Shown here: positions 7,932 to 18,412 of the stretch, piece after piece
How the letters are laid out: each line of letters opens with the position of its first letter
Position numbering within the stretch: the first letter of the stretch is position 1
Assembly (NCBI GenBank): GCA_964413305.1
Contig: CAYPSE010000001.1
Coordinates: 1 to 57,654 of the forward strand
Origin: an uncultured Rubrivirga sp.
Lineage (GTDB): Bacteria; Actinomycetota; Actinomycetes; S36-B12
DNA: 57,654 bases
Direction: 5' to 3'
Position numbers and translations under genes: made by a program
Notes under the pieces: model-generated
What the model saw: only the letters and a program-made list of their open reading frames with translations
Database searches by the model: none
Told to the model about the DNA's origin: nothing

Positions 7932-9179
7932 GTGCTCATCATGATCAGCGAGTCTCCCGCAACCATGGTTGTCACGCTTAGTGGCCAAGATCGCCCCGGC
8001 GTGACCCGTGATCTTTTCGCCACGTGCAGCAGCTTCCACGTGGTCGTTCGCGATATCGACCAAATCGTCATGAGGGATCGGTTGATCTTGGCTTGCTCGG
8101 TCGAGGGCAGCGAAACAGACATCTCGGAGCTGCGAGTCGCCATCGGCCGTCTCGCCGAGCGATTGGAGATGGACACTGCCATCGACGTCCGGACCGGTGC
8201 GATGCATTCGCCATCTCCCGGGCCTAGCGCTGCGGGCGTGGGAGCCGGCTTCCGGATCACGATGATGGCGCCGGATCTCGATCCCCAGGCAGTGGCCGAC
8301 ATCGCTAGCCAGATTGCCGCGGGCGGGGGGAACATCGATCGGATCCGTCCGATCGCTCACTACCCGATCACCGCTATCGGCTTCGAGGGACACGGAGTGG
8401 ATCCCGATGAGCTGCGTCGCCCACTCGCGGCGATCTCCTCCGAACTCGGGGTGGACATCTCGGTCCAGGAGACCGGACTGGAAAGTCGCGGGCAGTACCT
8501 CGTGGTGATGGATGTGGATTCCACGGTCATCCAAGACGAGGTCATCGACCTCTTGGCCGCTGAGGCGGGGCAAGAGGCCGCCGTGGCCGCGGTGACCGAG
8601 CGTGCCATGGCCGGAGAGATCGACTTCAGCGAGTCTCTCCACCAGCGGGTCGCTTTGCTCGAAGGCCTACCGGAATCGGTGCTGGGCGTGGTTCGCGATC
8701 GCATCCAGTTGACCCCGGGCGCGCGAACCCTATGCCGAACGTTGAATCGGTTGGGCTACCGAATCGCGTTGGTTTCCGGAGGTTTCACCCAGGTGGTCGC
8801 TCCTATCGCCCAGCAATTGGGTGTTGCCGAACTGCGCGCAAATGTGCTGGAAATCGAGGGTGGTCGCCTGACCGGACGAGTGGTGGGCGAGATCGTGGAC
8901 CGCCCGGGTAAGCGCAAAGCTCTCGAGGATCTCGCGGTTCGCTTCGGTATACCCAGGCGCCGGACCATCGCGATCGGCGACGGCGCCAACGACATCGACA
9001 TGCTCGAGGCTGCGGGTCTTGGTATCGCGTTCAACGCCAAACCGATTGCCCAGGCAGCTGCCGACGCTTCCGTAACCGTGCCTTTCCTAGATAGCGTCCT
9101 TTATTTGATGGGCATCACCCGCGAGGAAGTCGAACTCGCTGATTTCCGGGACGGGATTCCGTTGCGTCCTCCGGTATAG
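7932..9179 (+). CDS. serB: phosphoserine phosphatase with N-terminal ACT domains (SerB2-like)
   Basis: 415 aa. HAD motif I is VVMDVDSTVIQDEVID, followed by ALVSGGF and AIGDGANDIDML. The N-terminal half is ACT-like. Start is GTG at 7932 (alternative ATG at 7941). Confidence 0.9.
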   Translation: MLIMISESPATMVVTLSGQDRPGVTRDLFATCSSFHVVVRDIDQIVMRDRLILACSVEGSETDISELRVAIGRLAERLEMDTAIDVRTGAMHSPSPGPSAAGVGAGFRITMMAPDLDPQAVADIASQIAAGGGNIDRIRPIAHYPITAIGFEGHGVDPDELRRPLAAISSELGVDISVQETGLESRGQYLVVMDVDSTVIQDEVIDLLAAEAGQEAAVAAVTERAMAGEIDFSESLHQRVALLEGLPESVLGVVRDRIQLTPGARTLCRTLNRLGYRIALVSGGFTQVVAPIAQQLGVAELRANVLEIEGGRLTGRVVGEIVDRPGKRKALEDLAVRFGIPRRRTIAIGDGANDIDMLEAAGLGIAFNAKPIAQAAADASVTVPFLDSVLYLMGITREEVELADFRDGIPLRPPV

Positions 9180-9187
9180 CTGGGGAT

Positions 9188-9691
9188 TCAGCGACACACG
9201 GCGAACGCGGTACACGTCAACTGACCCGTGGCCCACACGCCGGTTGGACTGTCGAGCACGGCGAAGGCGCTCGTGGGGAATTTCTCCCATAGTGCGATCG
9301 ACGTTTCCGCGTCTCGCATTCCCCGTGCCCCGCGAGCTGATCGAGCCAACTCTTCTAGGCCCGGGTTATGTCCGACGATCACGCCGACGTCGGTGTCGAA
9401 GGCGGAGGCGACCTCAAGCAATTTCCCGGGTTCGGCCAAGTACAACGTGCGGTCCGACCAGAACGGAACGGGGAGATCTTGCTGGACTACTTCCCACGTT
9501 CGTTGGGCTCGTGCGGCAGTCGACACCGCTGCGCTCACGGAGGCATCACGAGGCAGGTGTCGCTGGAGTCGGCTCGCGATGGTTCGGGCGTTTGTCTGGC
9601 CACGCTCGTTCAACGGGCGGTGGTGGTCCTCGACACCGGGTGGGTAGTCGCTTTTCGCGTGCCGGAGCACGATCAGGCGATGCATCCTCAA
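9188..9691 (-). CDS. histidine phosphatase family protein (SixA-like)
   Basis: 167 aa with LIVLRHAKSDYP (RHA catalytic motif) and VIVGHNPGLEEL. TTG at 9691 or ATG at 9685 could be the start. It sits immediately after the inhA stop. Confidence 0.75.
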   Translation of the reverse strand: MRMHRLIVLRHAKSDYPPGVEDHHRPLNERGQTNARTIASRLQRHLPRDASVSAAVSTAARAQRTWEVVQQDLPVPFWSDRTLYLAEPGKLLEVASAFDTDVGVIVGHNPGLEELARSARGARGMRDAETSIALWEKFPTSAFAVLDSPTGVWATGQLTCTAFAVCR

Positions 9692-10455
9692 GCGCCCTGT
9701 GAGTGCACTCCGCCATCCACGTGCACGATCTCACCCGTGGTGGCCGGGAACCACGCGGACATCAGTGCCACGCACGCCTGGGCCGCGGGCGTGGGGTCGG
9801 AAAGATCCCAACCCAGCGGTGCCCGATCAGTCCAGACCTGCTCGAACTCCTCGAACCCCGGGATGCTCTTGGCCGCCATGGTTCGGATGGGGCCTGCCGC
9901 AACAAGATTCACCCGAATACCCTCACCGCCGAGGTCGCGCGCCAGATAACGGGCCGTTGATTCCAGCGCAGCCTTGGCCACTCCCATCCAGTCATAGGTA
10001 GGCCAGGCCACTGTTGCGTCGAAGTCCAAGCCGACCACGGCGCTTCCGGGACCCATGAGCGGCTTGGTTGCCACCGACAGCGACGCCAAGGAGTAGGCCG
10101 ACACCTGCATGGCTGTTGCTACATCGGGCCATGACGTGTTCAAGAAATTTCCGCCTAAGGCGGCTTCAGGGGCGAATCCGATCGAGTGCACCAATCCGTG
10201 TACCGCGTCCGTGTGCTCCATCAGTCTGGTCGCGAAGGTCCTCAAGTGCTCGTCATCGGTGACGTCGAGTTCGACGATGGGGGCTTGTTGTGGCAGCCGG
10301 CCCGCCGACCGCTTGGTCAGCGACATCGTGCGTCCGAAGCTCGTCAGGATCACCCGCGCACCCTGCTCTTGCGCCAGCCTCGCAACGTGAAAGGCAATCG
10401 ATTGGTCGGTTAGCACTCCGGTGACGACCACGGTGCGCTCGGCTAGCAATCCCAC
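9688..10455 (-). CDS. inhA: NADH-dependent enoyl-ACP reductase (InhA/FabI)
   Basis: Aligns along its length with my recollection of M. tuberculosis InhA (VVTGVLTDQSIAFHVARLAQEQGARVILT...HSIGFAP...AYSLASL...YDWMGVAKAALES...NLVAAGPIRT...PATTGEIVHVDGG). The GTG at 10455 is preceded by GAGAGGA. The track ORF extends to 10521. Confidence 0.85.
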   Translation of the reverse strand: MGLLAERTVVVTGVLTDQSIAFHVARLAQEQGARVILTSFGRTMSLTKRSAGRLPQQAPIVELDVTDDEHLRTFATRLMEHTDAVHGLVHSIGFAPEAALGGNFLNTSWPDVATAMQVSAYSLASLSVATKPLMGPGSAVVGLDFDATVAWPTYDWMGVAKAALESTARYLARDLGGEGIRVNLVAAGPIRTMAAKSIPGFEEFEQVWTDRAPLGWDLSDPTPAAQACVALMSAWFPATTGEIVHVDGGVHSQGA

Positions 10456-10495
10456 GATGTTTCCTCTCGCGTTTCCATGTTGATTCGAACCGGCC

Positions 10496-11209
10496 TCAGT
10501 GGCCCATTCCAAGGCCACCATCGACAGGGATGACCGCCCCCGTGATGTAGGCAGCGGCCGGACTCACGAGGAAATCGACAGCCGCCGCGACTTCATCGGC
10601 TGTTGCGTACCGACCAACCGGTATGGCTGCCAGGATCTCCATGCGCCGCTGCTGGTCCAGGTCGGCCGTCATGTCGGTCTCCACGAAGCCGGGAGCCACC
10701 ACATTGACGGTGATGCCGCGGGATCCGAGCTCCCGTGCCAGACTCCGGGCTGCACCCACCAGGCCTGACTTGGACGCGGCGTAGTTGGCCTGACCAGCGC
10801 TGCCCATGAGCCCGACTACCGAAGACACCATCACGATGCGGCCGGCTTTGGCTCGCAGCATCCCCCGCGCCACTCCCCTGCACAGCCGTAATGTCCCGGC
10901 GAGGTTCGTCATCAGGACTTCATCGATGTCCTCGTCGGACATCCGCATGATCAGTTGATCTCGCGTGATGCCTGCATTTGCGACGAGTGTCGCGACCGGA
11001 CCGAACTCCTCGTTGACACGCCGCAGCCCAGCCTCGATCGATTGCGCATCGGCGACGTCCATGTCGATACTGCCGAGAACCCCTACTCCATCGGGTGCGG
11101 CCCCCGAGCGGCTTGCTGTGACGACACGGTGCCCGGAAGCGACCAGGCGGGCCGCCGTGGCGGCACCGATTCCTCGGTTGCCCCCCGTCACCAAAGCCAC
11201 ATCGGCCAT
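10496..11209 (-). CDS. fabG: 3-oxoacyl-ACP reductase (FabG1/MabA-like SDR)
   Basis: LVTGGNRGIG...NAG...SSVVGLMGSAGQANYAASKSGLVG...NVVAPGFVETDM. It is paired with inhA as in the mabA-inhA operon. The start is set at the ATG of MADVALVTGG, 1 nt after the upstream stop. Confidence 0.9.
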   Translation of the reverse strand: MADVALVTGGNRGIGAATAARLVASGHRVVTASRSGAAPDGVGVLGSIDMDVADAQSIEAGLRRVNEEFGPVATLVANAGITRDQLIMRMSDEDIDEVLMTNLAGTLRLCRGVARGMLRAKAGRIVMVSSVVGLMGSAGQANYAASKSGLVGAARSLARELGSRGITVNVVAPGFVETDMTADLDQQRRMEILAAIPVGRYATADEVAAAVDFLVSPAAAYITGAVIPVDGGLGMGH

Positions 11210-11210
11210 G

Positions 11211-11894
11211 TCATGCCTCCTGTTTGCGCAGAAAGTACCCGACGAAGAACAACCCCAACGGCATCCAAACGGCAACGTTCGGGAGTATCAACGTCATCAC
11301 ACCAATCAGCATCATGAATGCGCCGAAGATGAACCCTCGCGTACGCACGAGCGGTGAATCCGTGAAAATCCGTGGCGTATCGGGATCGATGAGTTCGGGA
11401 TGGCGTCGAGCGTGAGCCGAGATCAAGCCACCCACCAAACTGATTGAGCCCAGGTTAAGCCAGTACAGCAAACCTGCACCGCCGAGTCCTTCGCCGCCGG
11501 AGAACCAGTGGGAACCCTCGGCAACGGCGCGGAAGCTATCCATGCCGGTTCCGTACATGAGGCTCGACCACGGAAGGAAGACAATCAGCAGCAACCACAC
11601 GAGATTGAGCCAGAAGATCGAATCATCGAACCCTGCAAGTCGACTGAAGATCCGATTATGGATCCGCCACATCACCGCCACTATGACGAAAGTGAAGGCG
11701 AACGTGACGAGCTGTCCGTTGTTGTCACTGATGACCTTCCAGACCGTTTCTTCTCCCACCTTCGGGCGCAGGTCCACGATGGGCAGGACAAGGACGGTGA
11801 TGGCAACCGCGACGATTGCGTCCGTGAAATTGATGAGCCGGTCGAAGGGTCGACCACCGCGCACCCGAACTGGCTCGGGCGCCTTGTGCACCAT
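11211..11894 (-). CDS. TMEM175 family (DUF1211) membrane protein, putative K+ channel
   Basis: 227 aa, about 6 TM helices. Carries the signature RLINFTDAIVAVAITVLVLPI (RxxxFSD-type helix 1) and a second repeat, FTFVIVAVMWRIHNRIF. Confidence 0.75.
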   Translation of the reverse strand: MVHKAPEPVRVRGGRPFDRLINFTDAIVAVAITVLVLPIVDLRPKVGEETVWKVISDNNGQLVTFAFTFVIVAVMWRIHNRIFSRLAGFDDSIFWLNLVWLLLIVFLPWSSLMYGTGMDSFRAVAEGSHWFSGGEGLGGAGLLYWLNLGSISLVGGLISAHARRHPELIDPDTPRIFTDSPLVRTRGFIFGAFMMLIGVMTLILPNVAVWMPLGLFFVGYFLRKQEA

Positions 11895-11897
11895 GAC

Positions 11898-12110
11898 CTA
11901 GACGTCCTCGAGTCGATAGCCGACTTTCACGGTCACCTGGAAATGATCGACGTCGTTGTTCCGGACGTAGCCACGGACCTGTTGGACTTCGAACCAATCG
12001 ACGTGCCGGTGCTCCGCTCCAGCGCGACGAACGGCGTTGCGCACGGCGCCCTCGATGGAGTCGGCGGATGTCCCGACGACCTCACTAATGCCGTAGACCC
12101 GATCTGACAT
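11898..12110 (-). CDS. dodecin family flavin-binding protein
   Basis: 70 aa: MSDRVYGISEVVGTSADSIEGAVRNAV..A....RHVDWFEVQQVRGYV.....DHFQVTVKVGYRLED. Close to the dodecin pattern (Rv1498A-like). Confidence 0.9.
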   Translation of the reverse strand: MSDRVYGISEVVGTSADSIEGAVRNAVRRAGAEHRHVDWFEVQQVRGYVRNNDVDHFQVTVKVGYRLEDV

Positions 12111-12197
12111 GGACGACTCCCTCCTTCATGGCTATCTCGCTGCTCGATTCCCGGGCACCGACGCGCGCTCCCCTGGGATCGGGTTTACCTTATTGGG

Positions 12198-12551
12198 GTG
12201 TCAGACGGCCCCCAGACCATTACCAGCGCCCAGCGGGCGCTCAGCGCCGAGCAGGCGGGTCGGACACGTAAGTACCTGATTTCGATGGGGATTCGCACCG
12301 CGTGCGTGATCGGGGCGATTTTCATTCCCGGCTGGCCCAGGTGGGTCCTCATCGCGGGGGCGGTGGTGCTCCCCTACCTGGCGGTGGTGATCGCCAACGC
12401 AGGCAAGGCGCGCGATACCGGTGCCCCGGACCACGTCACCCCTCAGGCTCAGGCGGCACTGCCCGCTTCGGGTATCGCCATCGAGGGGGTGGTGATCGTG
12501 TCAGACGCCGAGTCGTCGAATCCTCGCGATCCTCGCTCGTCGGTTACCTAG
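12198..12551 (+). CDS. DUF3099 domain membrane protein (Rv1476-like)
   Basis: 117 aa, GTG start. Two TM helices after RTRKYLISMGIRTACVIGAIFIPGWPRWVLIAGAVVLPYLAVVIANAG. Adjacent to a SURF1 gene, as in other actinobacteria. Confidence 0.7.
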   Translation: MSDGPQTITSAQRALSAEQAGRTRKYLISMGIRTACVIGAIFIPGWPRWVLIAGAVVLPYLAVVIANAGKARDTGAPDHVTPQAQAALPASGIAIEGVVIVSDAESSNPRDPRSSVT

Positions 12552-12571
12552 CCTCGCCGTACAGTTGAACG

Positions 12572-13279
12572 GTGCTCCAACTCCTGCGCACTCGGCGCTG
12601 GCAAGGCTTCACGGCGGTTGTCATCGTCGCGATCATCGCGTTCGGACTGCTGAGTCGCTGGCAATGGTCCCGCGCAGAGGAGAAGCGCGACGAGCAGCAG
12701 GCGCAAATGGCCAGCGAGTTGGATCCCATCACTCCCTCCCCCGTCGACGACGTTCCGGAATTCACCGCAGTCACCGTCACCGGCAGTTACCTTCCCTCGT
12801 CCCAGCGCCTCGTCCGTCAACGCCCGCTCGAGGGACGGAACGGATTTTGGGTACTGGAGCAGTTGCAGACCAACCAAGGTCGCATCTGGGTCCTGCGCGG
12901 CTGGATTCCCTCAGCGACGAGCGCCGGGCAATCACCTGAAGTCCCGGTGGTCGACTCCAGCGTGGTGACCCTCATCGGTGTTGCCCGTCCGCTCACCGAG
13001 GGCGAACCCTTGACCGAGCGAGGCGGCCTACCGGCCGAACAGGTCACGAACATTGAAGTGGCTCAACTTCCTGACCCCGGCGTGATGGATTGGTATTTGC
13101 AGCAAACGCAGTCACAGCCTGCTGACCCCTTGATCCCTGTGCCTATCTCGCAACCCGATGACCTGCAAAACATCTCCTACGCCGTGCAGTGGTTGTTGTT
13201 CGCTGCCGTGGCGATTGCCGGATGGTTCTTCTTCTTGCGCCGCGAGGCAAAGGAGAGCGCCGACGACGCTTCGCCCTAA
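12572..13279 (+). CDS. SURF1 family cytochrome oxidase assembly protein
   Basis: 235 aa with an N-terminal TM and RWQWSRAEEKR, then GFWVLEQLQTNQGRIWVLRGWIP, then a C-terminal TM with YAVQWLLFAAVAIAGWFFF. Confidence 0.8.
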   Translation: MLQLLRTRRWQGFTAVVIVAIIAFGLLSRWQWSRAEEKRDEQQAQMASELDPITPSPVDDVPEFTAVTVTGSYLPSSQRLVRQRPLEGRNGFWVLEQLQTNQGRIWVLRGWIPSATSAGQSPEVPVVDSSVVTLIGVARPLTEGEPLTERGGLPAEQVTNIEVAQLPDPGVMDWYLQQTQSQPADPLIPVPISQPDDLQNISYAVQWLLFAAVAIAGWFFFLRREAKESADDASP

Positions 13280-13315
13280 CGGCGTGGACGTAGGCATCTC
13301 GCCCGGAATTCGCTC

Positions 13316-15181
13316 CTACGAATTGCTGAACTGCGTTCGGTACAGCGTTTCGTACATACCGCCTTCGGCGAGCAGTTCCTCGTGGGTCCCCCACTGGACC
13401 ACCCGACCGCCCACGACCACCAGGATTTGGTCGGCCCGACGAATGGTCGATAGGCGGTGCGCGATCACCATGCTCGTTCGACCCTCGAGTGCGGTGTCGA
13501 GGGCCGCTTGCACCAACCGTTCGCTCTCACTATCGAGGTGGGCGGTCGCCTCATCGAGGACAACCACCCGCGGTGCCTTCAAGAACAACCGCGCAAGCGC
13601 GAGCCGCTGCTTCTCACCGCCAGAGAGGCGATAGCCACGATCACCCACCACGGTGTCAAATCCGTCGGGGAGCTGGTCGATGAGGGAGAGGATCTGCGCG
13701 GAAGCGCACGCAGCCCGCATTTCGTCGGTACTTGCATCGGGTCGGGCGTAGCGAAGGTTGTCGGCGATCGTTTCGTGGAAAAGGTGGGCATCTTGCGTTA
13801 CCACGCCGACCGCGCTGCGAAGATCCGAACCGGAGACATCGCGGATGTCAACGCCACCGACGAGAACCGCACCACCGGACGGGTCGTACAGCCGAGTCAG
13901 CAGCGCAGTGATGGTGGTCTTCCCGGCGCCCGAGGGACCAACGAGTGCGGTCAACGTTCCGGGGTCGGCGTGGAAGGACACATCGTGAAGGACCGGCTCA
14001 CCTGCGCCCGCAGTCTCCTCACGGGCAACCGATTCCAATGAAGCCAGCGACACTTGCGCCGCTGTGGGATAGGTGAAGTCGACGTGGTCGAAATCGATCG
14101 ACAGACCCCCGGTCGGTAGCTGGCGGGGCTCGCTGGGTTCCTGGACGAGTGGCTTTAGGTCCAAGACCTCGAACACCCGCTCGAATGACACGAGGGCGGT
14201 CATCACATCCACGCGCACGTTACTCAACGCGGTGAGTGGACCATAGAGCTGAGCTAGGAGCGCAACGAGGGCGAGCAAGGTGCCTAGGGTGATCGCCCCG
14301 TCGATGACCAGATTGCCACCCAGGCCGTAGGTGATTGCGGTTGCTAGCGCCGCAACCAGGGTGAGTGCCGTGAAGAACCACCGATTGGCCATGGCGATCC
14401 GAACACCGATATCGCGAACCCGCTCCGCCTTACCGGAGAAGGAACTCGCTTCTTCGTCCGGACGCCCGAACAACTTCACGAGCAGCGCGCCCGAGACGTT
14501 GAAGCGCTCGGTCATCTGCGAACTCATGGCTGCATTGACGCTCATCTGCTCCCTTGTCATGGCCTGCAGGCGACGACCCATGTAGCGAGCAGGAAGCAAG
14601 AACACCGGAACCAAGATCAAGGAGACGAGCGTGATCTGCCAGGAGAGGGCGAACATGGCCACGAGGACGATCGATACGGAAATCAAGTTGCCCAGCACTC
14701 CCCCCAGGGTGGAGGTGAACGCCTGCTGCGCACCGATGACATCGCTGTTCAGGCGCGATATCAATGCACCTGTCTGGGCCCGGGTGAAGAACGCGACCGA
14801 TTGGCGTTGGACGTGGTCGTAGACCTGGGTTCGCAAATCGAAGATCAAGCCCTCGCCGATGCGTGCTGAATACCAGCGGCTCACCAGACCCAACGCTGCG
14901 TCAGCGATCGCCAAGCCGGCGATAGCAACCGCAGTCCACGTGACGAGTGATGCATTGCCCACCGAGATGCCGTCGTCCACGATGCGTCGGAACAGCAGCG
15001 GCTGCGCAACACTCAACAGCGCAGCAATGACCAGCGTGATGAGGAAGATCCCGATGATCACTCGATAGGGCCCGGCGTATCTCAGAATCCGCTTGACCGT
15101 CGTACGCGAGACGCGTTTATCAGCAACTGACCTATCGCGCGTCATGGACTGGTAGGTCTGCCAGACCGATTGCATGCTCAC
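13316..15181 (-). CDS. ABC exporter, fused permease/ATPase (MsbA/MdlB-like)
   Basis: 621 aa: a 6-TM N-terminal half, then GPSGAGKTT, LSGGEKQRLALARL and VVVLDEATAHLD. GTGA overlap with the crotonase stop. Confidence 0.9.
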   Translation of the reverse strand: MSMQSVWQTYQSMTRDRSVADKRVSRTTVKRILRYAGPYRVIIGIFLITLVIAALLSVAQPLLFRRIVDDGISVGNASLVTWTAVAIAGLAIADAALGLVSRWYSARIGEGLIFDLRTQVYDHVQRQSVAFFTRAQTGALISRLNSDVIGAQQAFTSTLGGVLGNLISVSIVLVAMFALSWQITLVSLILVPVFLLPARYMGRRLQAMTREQMSVNAAMSSQMTERFNVSGALLVKLFGRPDEEASSFSGKAERVRDIGVRIAMANRWFFTALTLVAALATAITYGLGGNLVIDGAITLGTLLALVALLAQLYGPLTALSNVRVDVMTALVSFERVFEVLDLKPLVQEPSEPRQLPTGGLSIDFDHVDFTYPTAAQVSLASLESVAREETAGAGEPVLHDVSFHADPGTLTALVGPSGAGKTTITALLTRLYDPSGGAVLVGGVDIRDVSGSDLRSAVGVVTQDAHLFHETIADNLRYARPDASTDEMRAACASAQILSLIDQLPDGFDTVVGDRGYRLSGGEKQRLALARLFLKAPRVVVLDEATAHLDSESERLVQAALDTALEGRTSMVIAHRLSTIRRADQILVVVGGRVVQWGTHEELLAEGGMYETLYRTQFSNS

Positions 15182-15912
15182 GGCTGTGCGCCAGACAGCA
15201 ACGTGGCGAGTCGCTGGATTTGAGCACTGCGCTCGAGGGCGAAGGAGTCCCGATCACCGGCTACGCGCTGGAGAAGCCCCTTGATGTCTCCCACGGTCGC
15301 AGCATCGAGCGAACGCAACGTCTCGATCAGCTCCGCGCAGGCGGTCGACGGATCTTCGGCAACCGTGTGAACCAGGCCCCAGTCCCGTGCCTGCTCGGCG
15401 GACACGAATCCTCCAGTCGCGCACAGCGCGAACGCGCGGCGGTAACCGATCGCGTCCACGAGCGCACCCGTTCCGCCCAGATCCGGCACGAGTCCGATCG
15501 AAACTTCGCGCATGGCGAACCGTGCGTCCGGGGCGGCGATGATGACGTCACTAGCCAACGCGAGTTGGAATCCGGCACCGATCGCATTGCCCTGAACCTC
15601 GGCGATGACCACCTGCGGGATCTGCATCCAGCGTGCGAAGCCCTCCTGGGCTTGCGCGATGAATCCGTCAGGGTCGGATTGCAGGTCTGTGAGCATGCCT
15701 TCCACCAACACCGCTCGATCAAGGCCTGCCGAGAAGTCCTTGCCTTCACCGGACAGCACGACGAATCGGGTGCCGACGGGGATCTCACCCGCGATCGCCG
15801 CAAGGTGCTGCCACATAGCGGGTGTCTGGGCGTTGCGGACCTCGGGTCGGTTCAACCGCACGCGTAGGACGTCGCCTTCGGAATGGACGACTATGCGGTC
15901 AGCATCGTTCAT
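15178..15912 (-). CDS. enoyl-CoA hydratase/isomerase (crotonase) family protein (EchA12-like position)
   Basis: VLRVRLNRPEVRNAQT...VVLSGEGKDFSAGLD...AEVQGNAIGAGFQLALASDV. The start is set at the ATG of MNDADRIV, preceded by GGGAG. The track ORF starts at a GTG at 15945. Confidence 0.85.
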   Translation of the reverse strand: MNDADRIVVHSEGDVLRVRLNRPEVRNAQTPAMWQHLAAIAGEIPVGTRFVVLSGEGKDFSAGLDRAVLVEGMLTDLQSDPDGFIAQAQEGFARWMQIPQVVIAEVQGNAIGAGFQLALASDVIIAAPDARFAMREVSIGLVPDLGGTGALVDAIGYRRAFALCATGGFVSAEQARDWGLVHTVAEDPSTACAELIETLRSLDAATVGDIKGLLQRVAGDRDSFALERSAQIQRLATLLSGAQP

Positions 15913-15941
15913 GCTCGCTCCCATCATCGGTGGCGTTCCCC

Positions 15942-17546
<1,605 letters not shown>

Positions 17547-17592
17547 CGCCCCGGAATACTACGCATCCGCGCCACGGGGCCTATGACCTAGA

Positions 17593-17913
17593 TCAGACGT
17601 TGAATCCCAGGCTGCGCAGCATCTCCCGACCATCGTCGGTGATCTTGTCCGGTCCCCACGGTGGCATCCAGACCCAGTTGATCCGAAAGTCATTCACCAC
17701 GGGCTGGAGGGCTGCCCGAGTCTGATCTTCGATCACATCGGTAAGCGGGCATGCCGCGGAGGTCAGCGTCATGTCGATGGTGGCGATATTCCCTTCGTCC
17801 ACGGACACCCCGTAGACCAGGCCAAGGTCCACCACATTGATACCCAGTTCGGGATCGACGACGTCCTTCATGGCCTCCATGACGTCGTCCTCTCTCGCGA
17901 CCGTCGATTCCAT
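17593..17913 (-). CDS. sufT: Fe-S assembly protein SufT (DUF59)
   Basis: 106 aa from the internal ATG: MEAMKDVVDPELGINVVDLGLVYGV...MTLTSAACPLTDVIED. It is the last gene of the suf operon. The longer track ORF is read-through. Confidence 0.85.
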   Translation of the reverse strand: MESTVAREDDVMEAMKDVVDPELGINVVDLGLVYGVSVDEGNIATIDMTLTSAACPLTDVIEDQTRAALQPVVNDFRINWVWMPPWGPDKITDDGREMLRSLGFNV

Positions 17914-17920
17914 AGTGCTC

Positions 17921-18412
17921 CTACCTTTCGGAATTCTCGAGGTCCGGCGTATTGCTGTCGGTCTTATCGGTGTGGATTCCCGCCTTGAGTCGGGCATCCT
18001 GTAGGGCCATCCATGGCAACAGCGCGCACTTGATGCGCGCCGGGTACTTCGACACTCCGGCAAATGCGATGCCATCGCCCAGCACGTCCTCATCGGGCTC
18101 GCCGGCGCCCTTGGAATGCATCATCTCCAGGAACGCTCGTTCTGCGCGTGCCATGTCGGCGACGGTCGCGTCCTCGAGCAATTCGGTCATGACACTGGCA
18201 CTCGCCTGCGAGATGGAGCAACCCTGACCTTCGTACCCGACATGGACGTGGCCGTTATCGTCGAGTTTGACGCCCACGGTGACTTCGTCGCCGCATGTGG
18301 GATTGACCTGGAAACTCTCACCCGCCGCATCGGAGAGCAACTTGTTCCCTCGAGGATGCTTGTAGTGATCGAGGATGATTTCCTGATACAGCGCTTCGAC
18401 GTTGTCGCTCAT
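17921..18412 (-). CDS. sufU: SUF sulfur-transfer/scaffold protein SufU (NifU-like)
   Basis: 163 aa: LYQEIILDHYKHPRG...NPTCGDEVTV...GQGCSISQASASVM...YPARIKCALLPW. ATGA overlap with the sufS stop. Confidence 0.9.
   Translation of the reverse strand: MSDNVEALYQEIILDHYKHPRGNKLLSDAAGESFQVNPTCGDEVTVGVKLDDNGHVHVGYEGQGCSISQASASVMTELLEDATVADMARAERAFLEMMHSKGAGEPDEDVLGDGIAFAGVSKYPARIKCALLPWMALQDARLKAGIHTDKTDSNTPDLENSER

Noticed and set aside
7791-8642. 283-aa minus-strand ORF overlapping serB. Similar long antisense ORFs include 16305-17279, 22698-23528, 42747-43817, 48758-49861, 50810-51523 and 51995-52852.
   Set aside because: Each lies opposite a strongly supported housekeeping gene (serB, ABC-F, sufB, uvrA, rpsA, polA) and shows GC-driven amino-acid bias. 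I have no independent evidence for expression.
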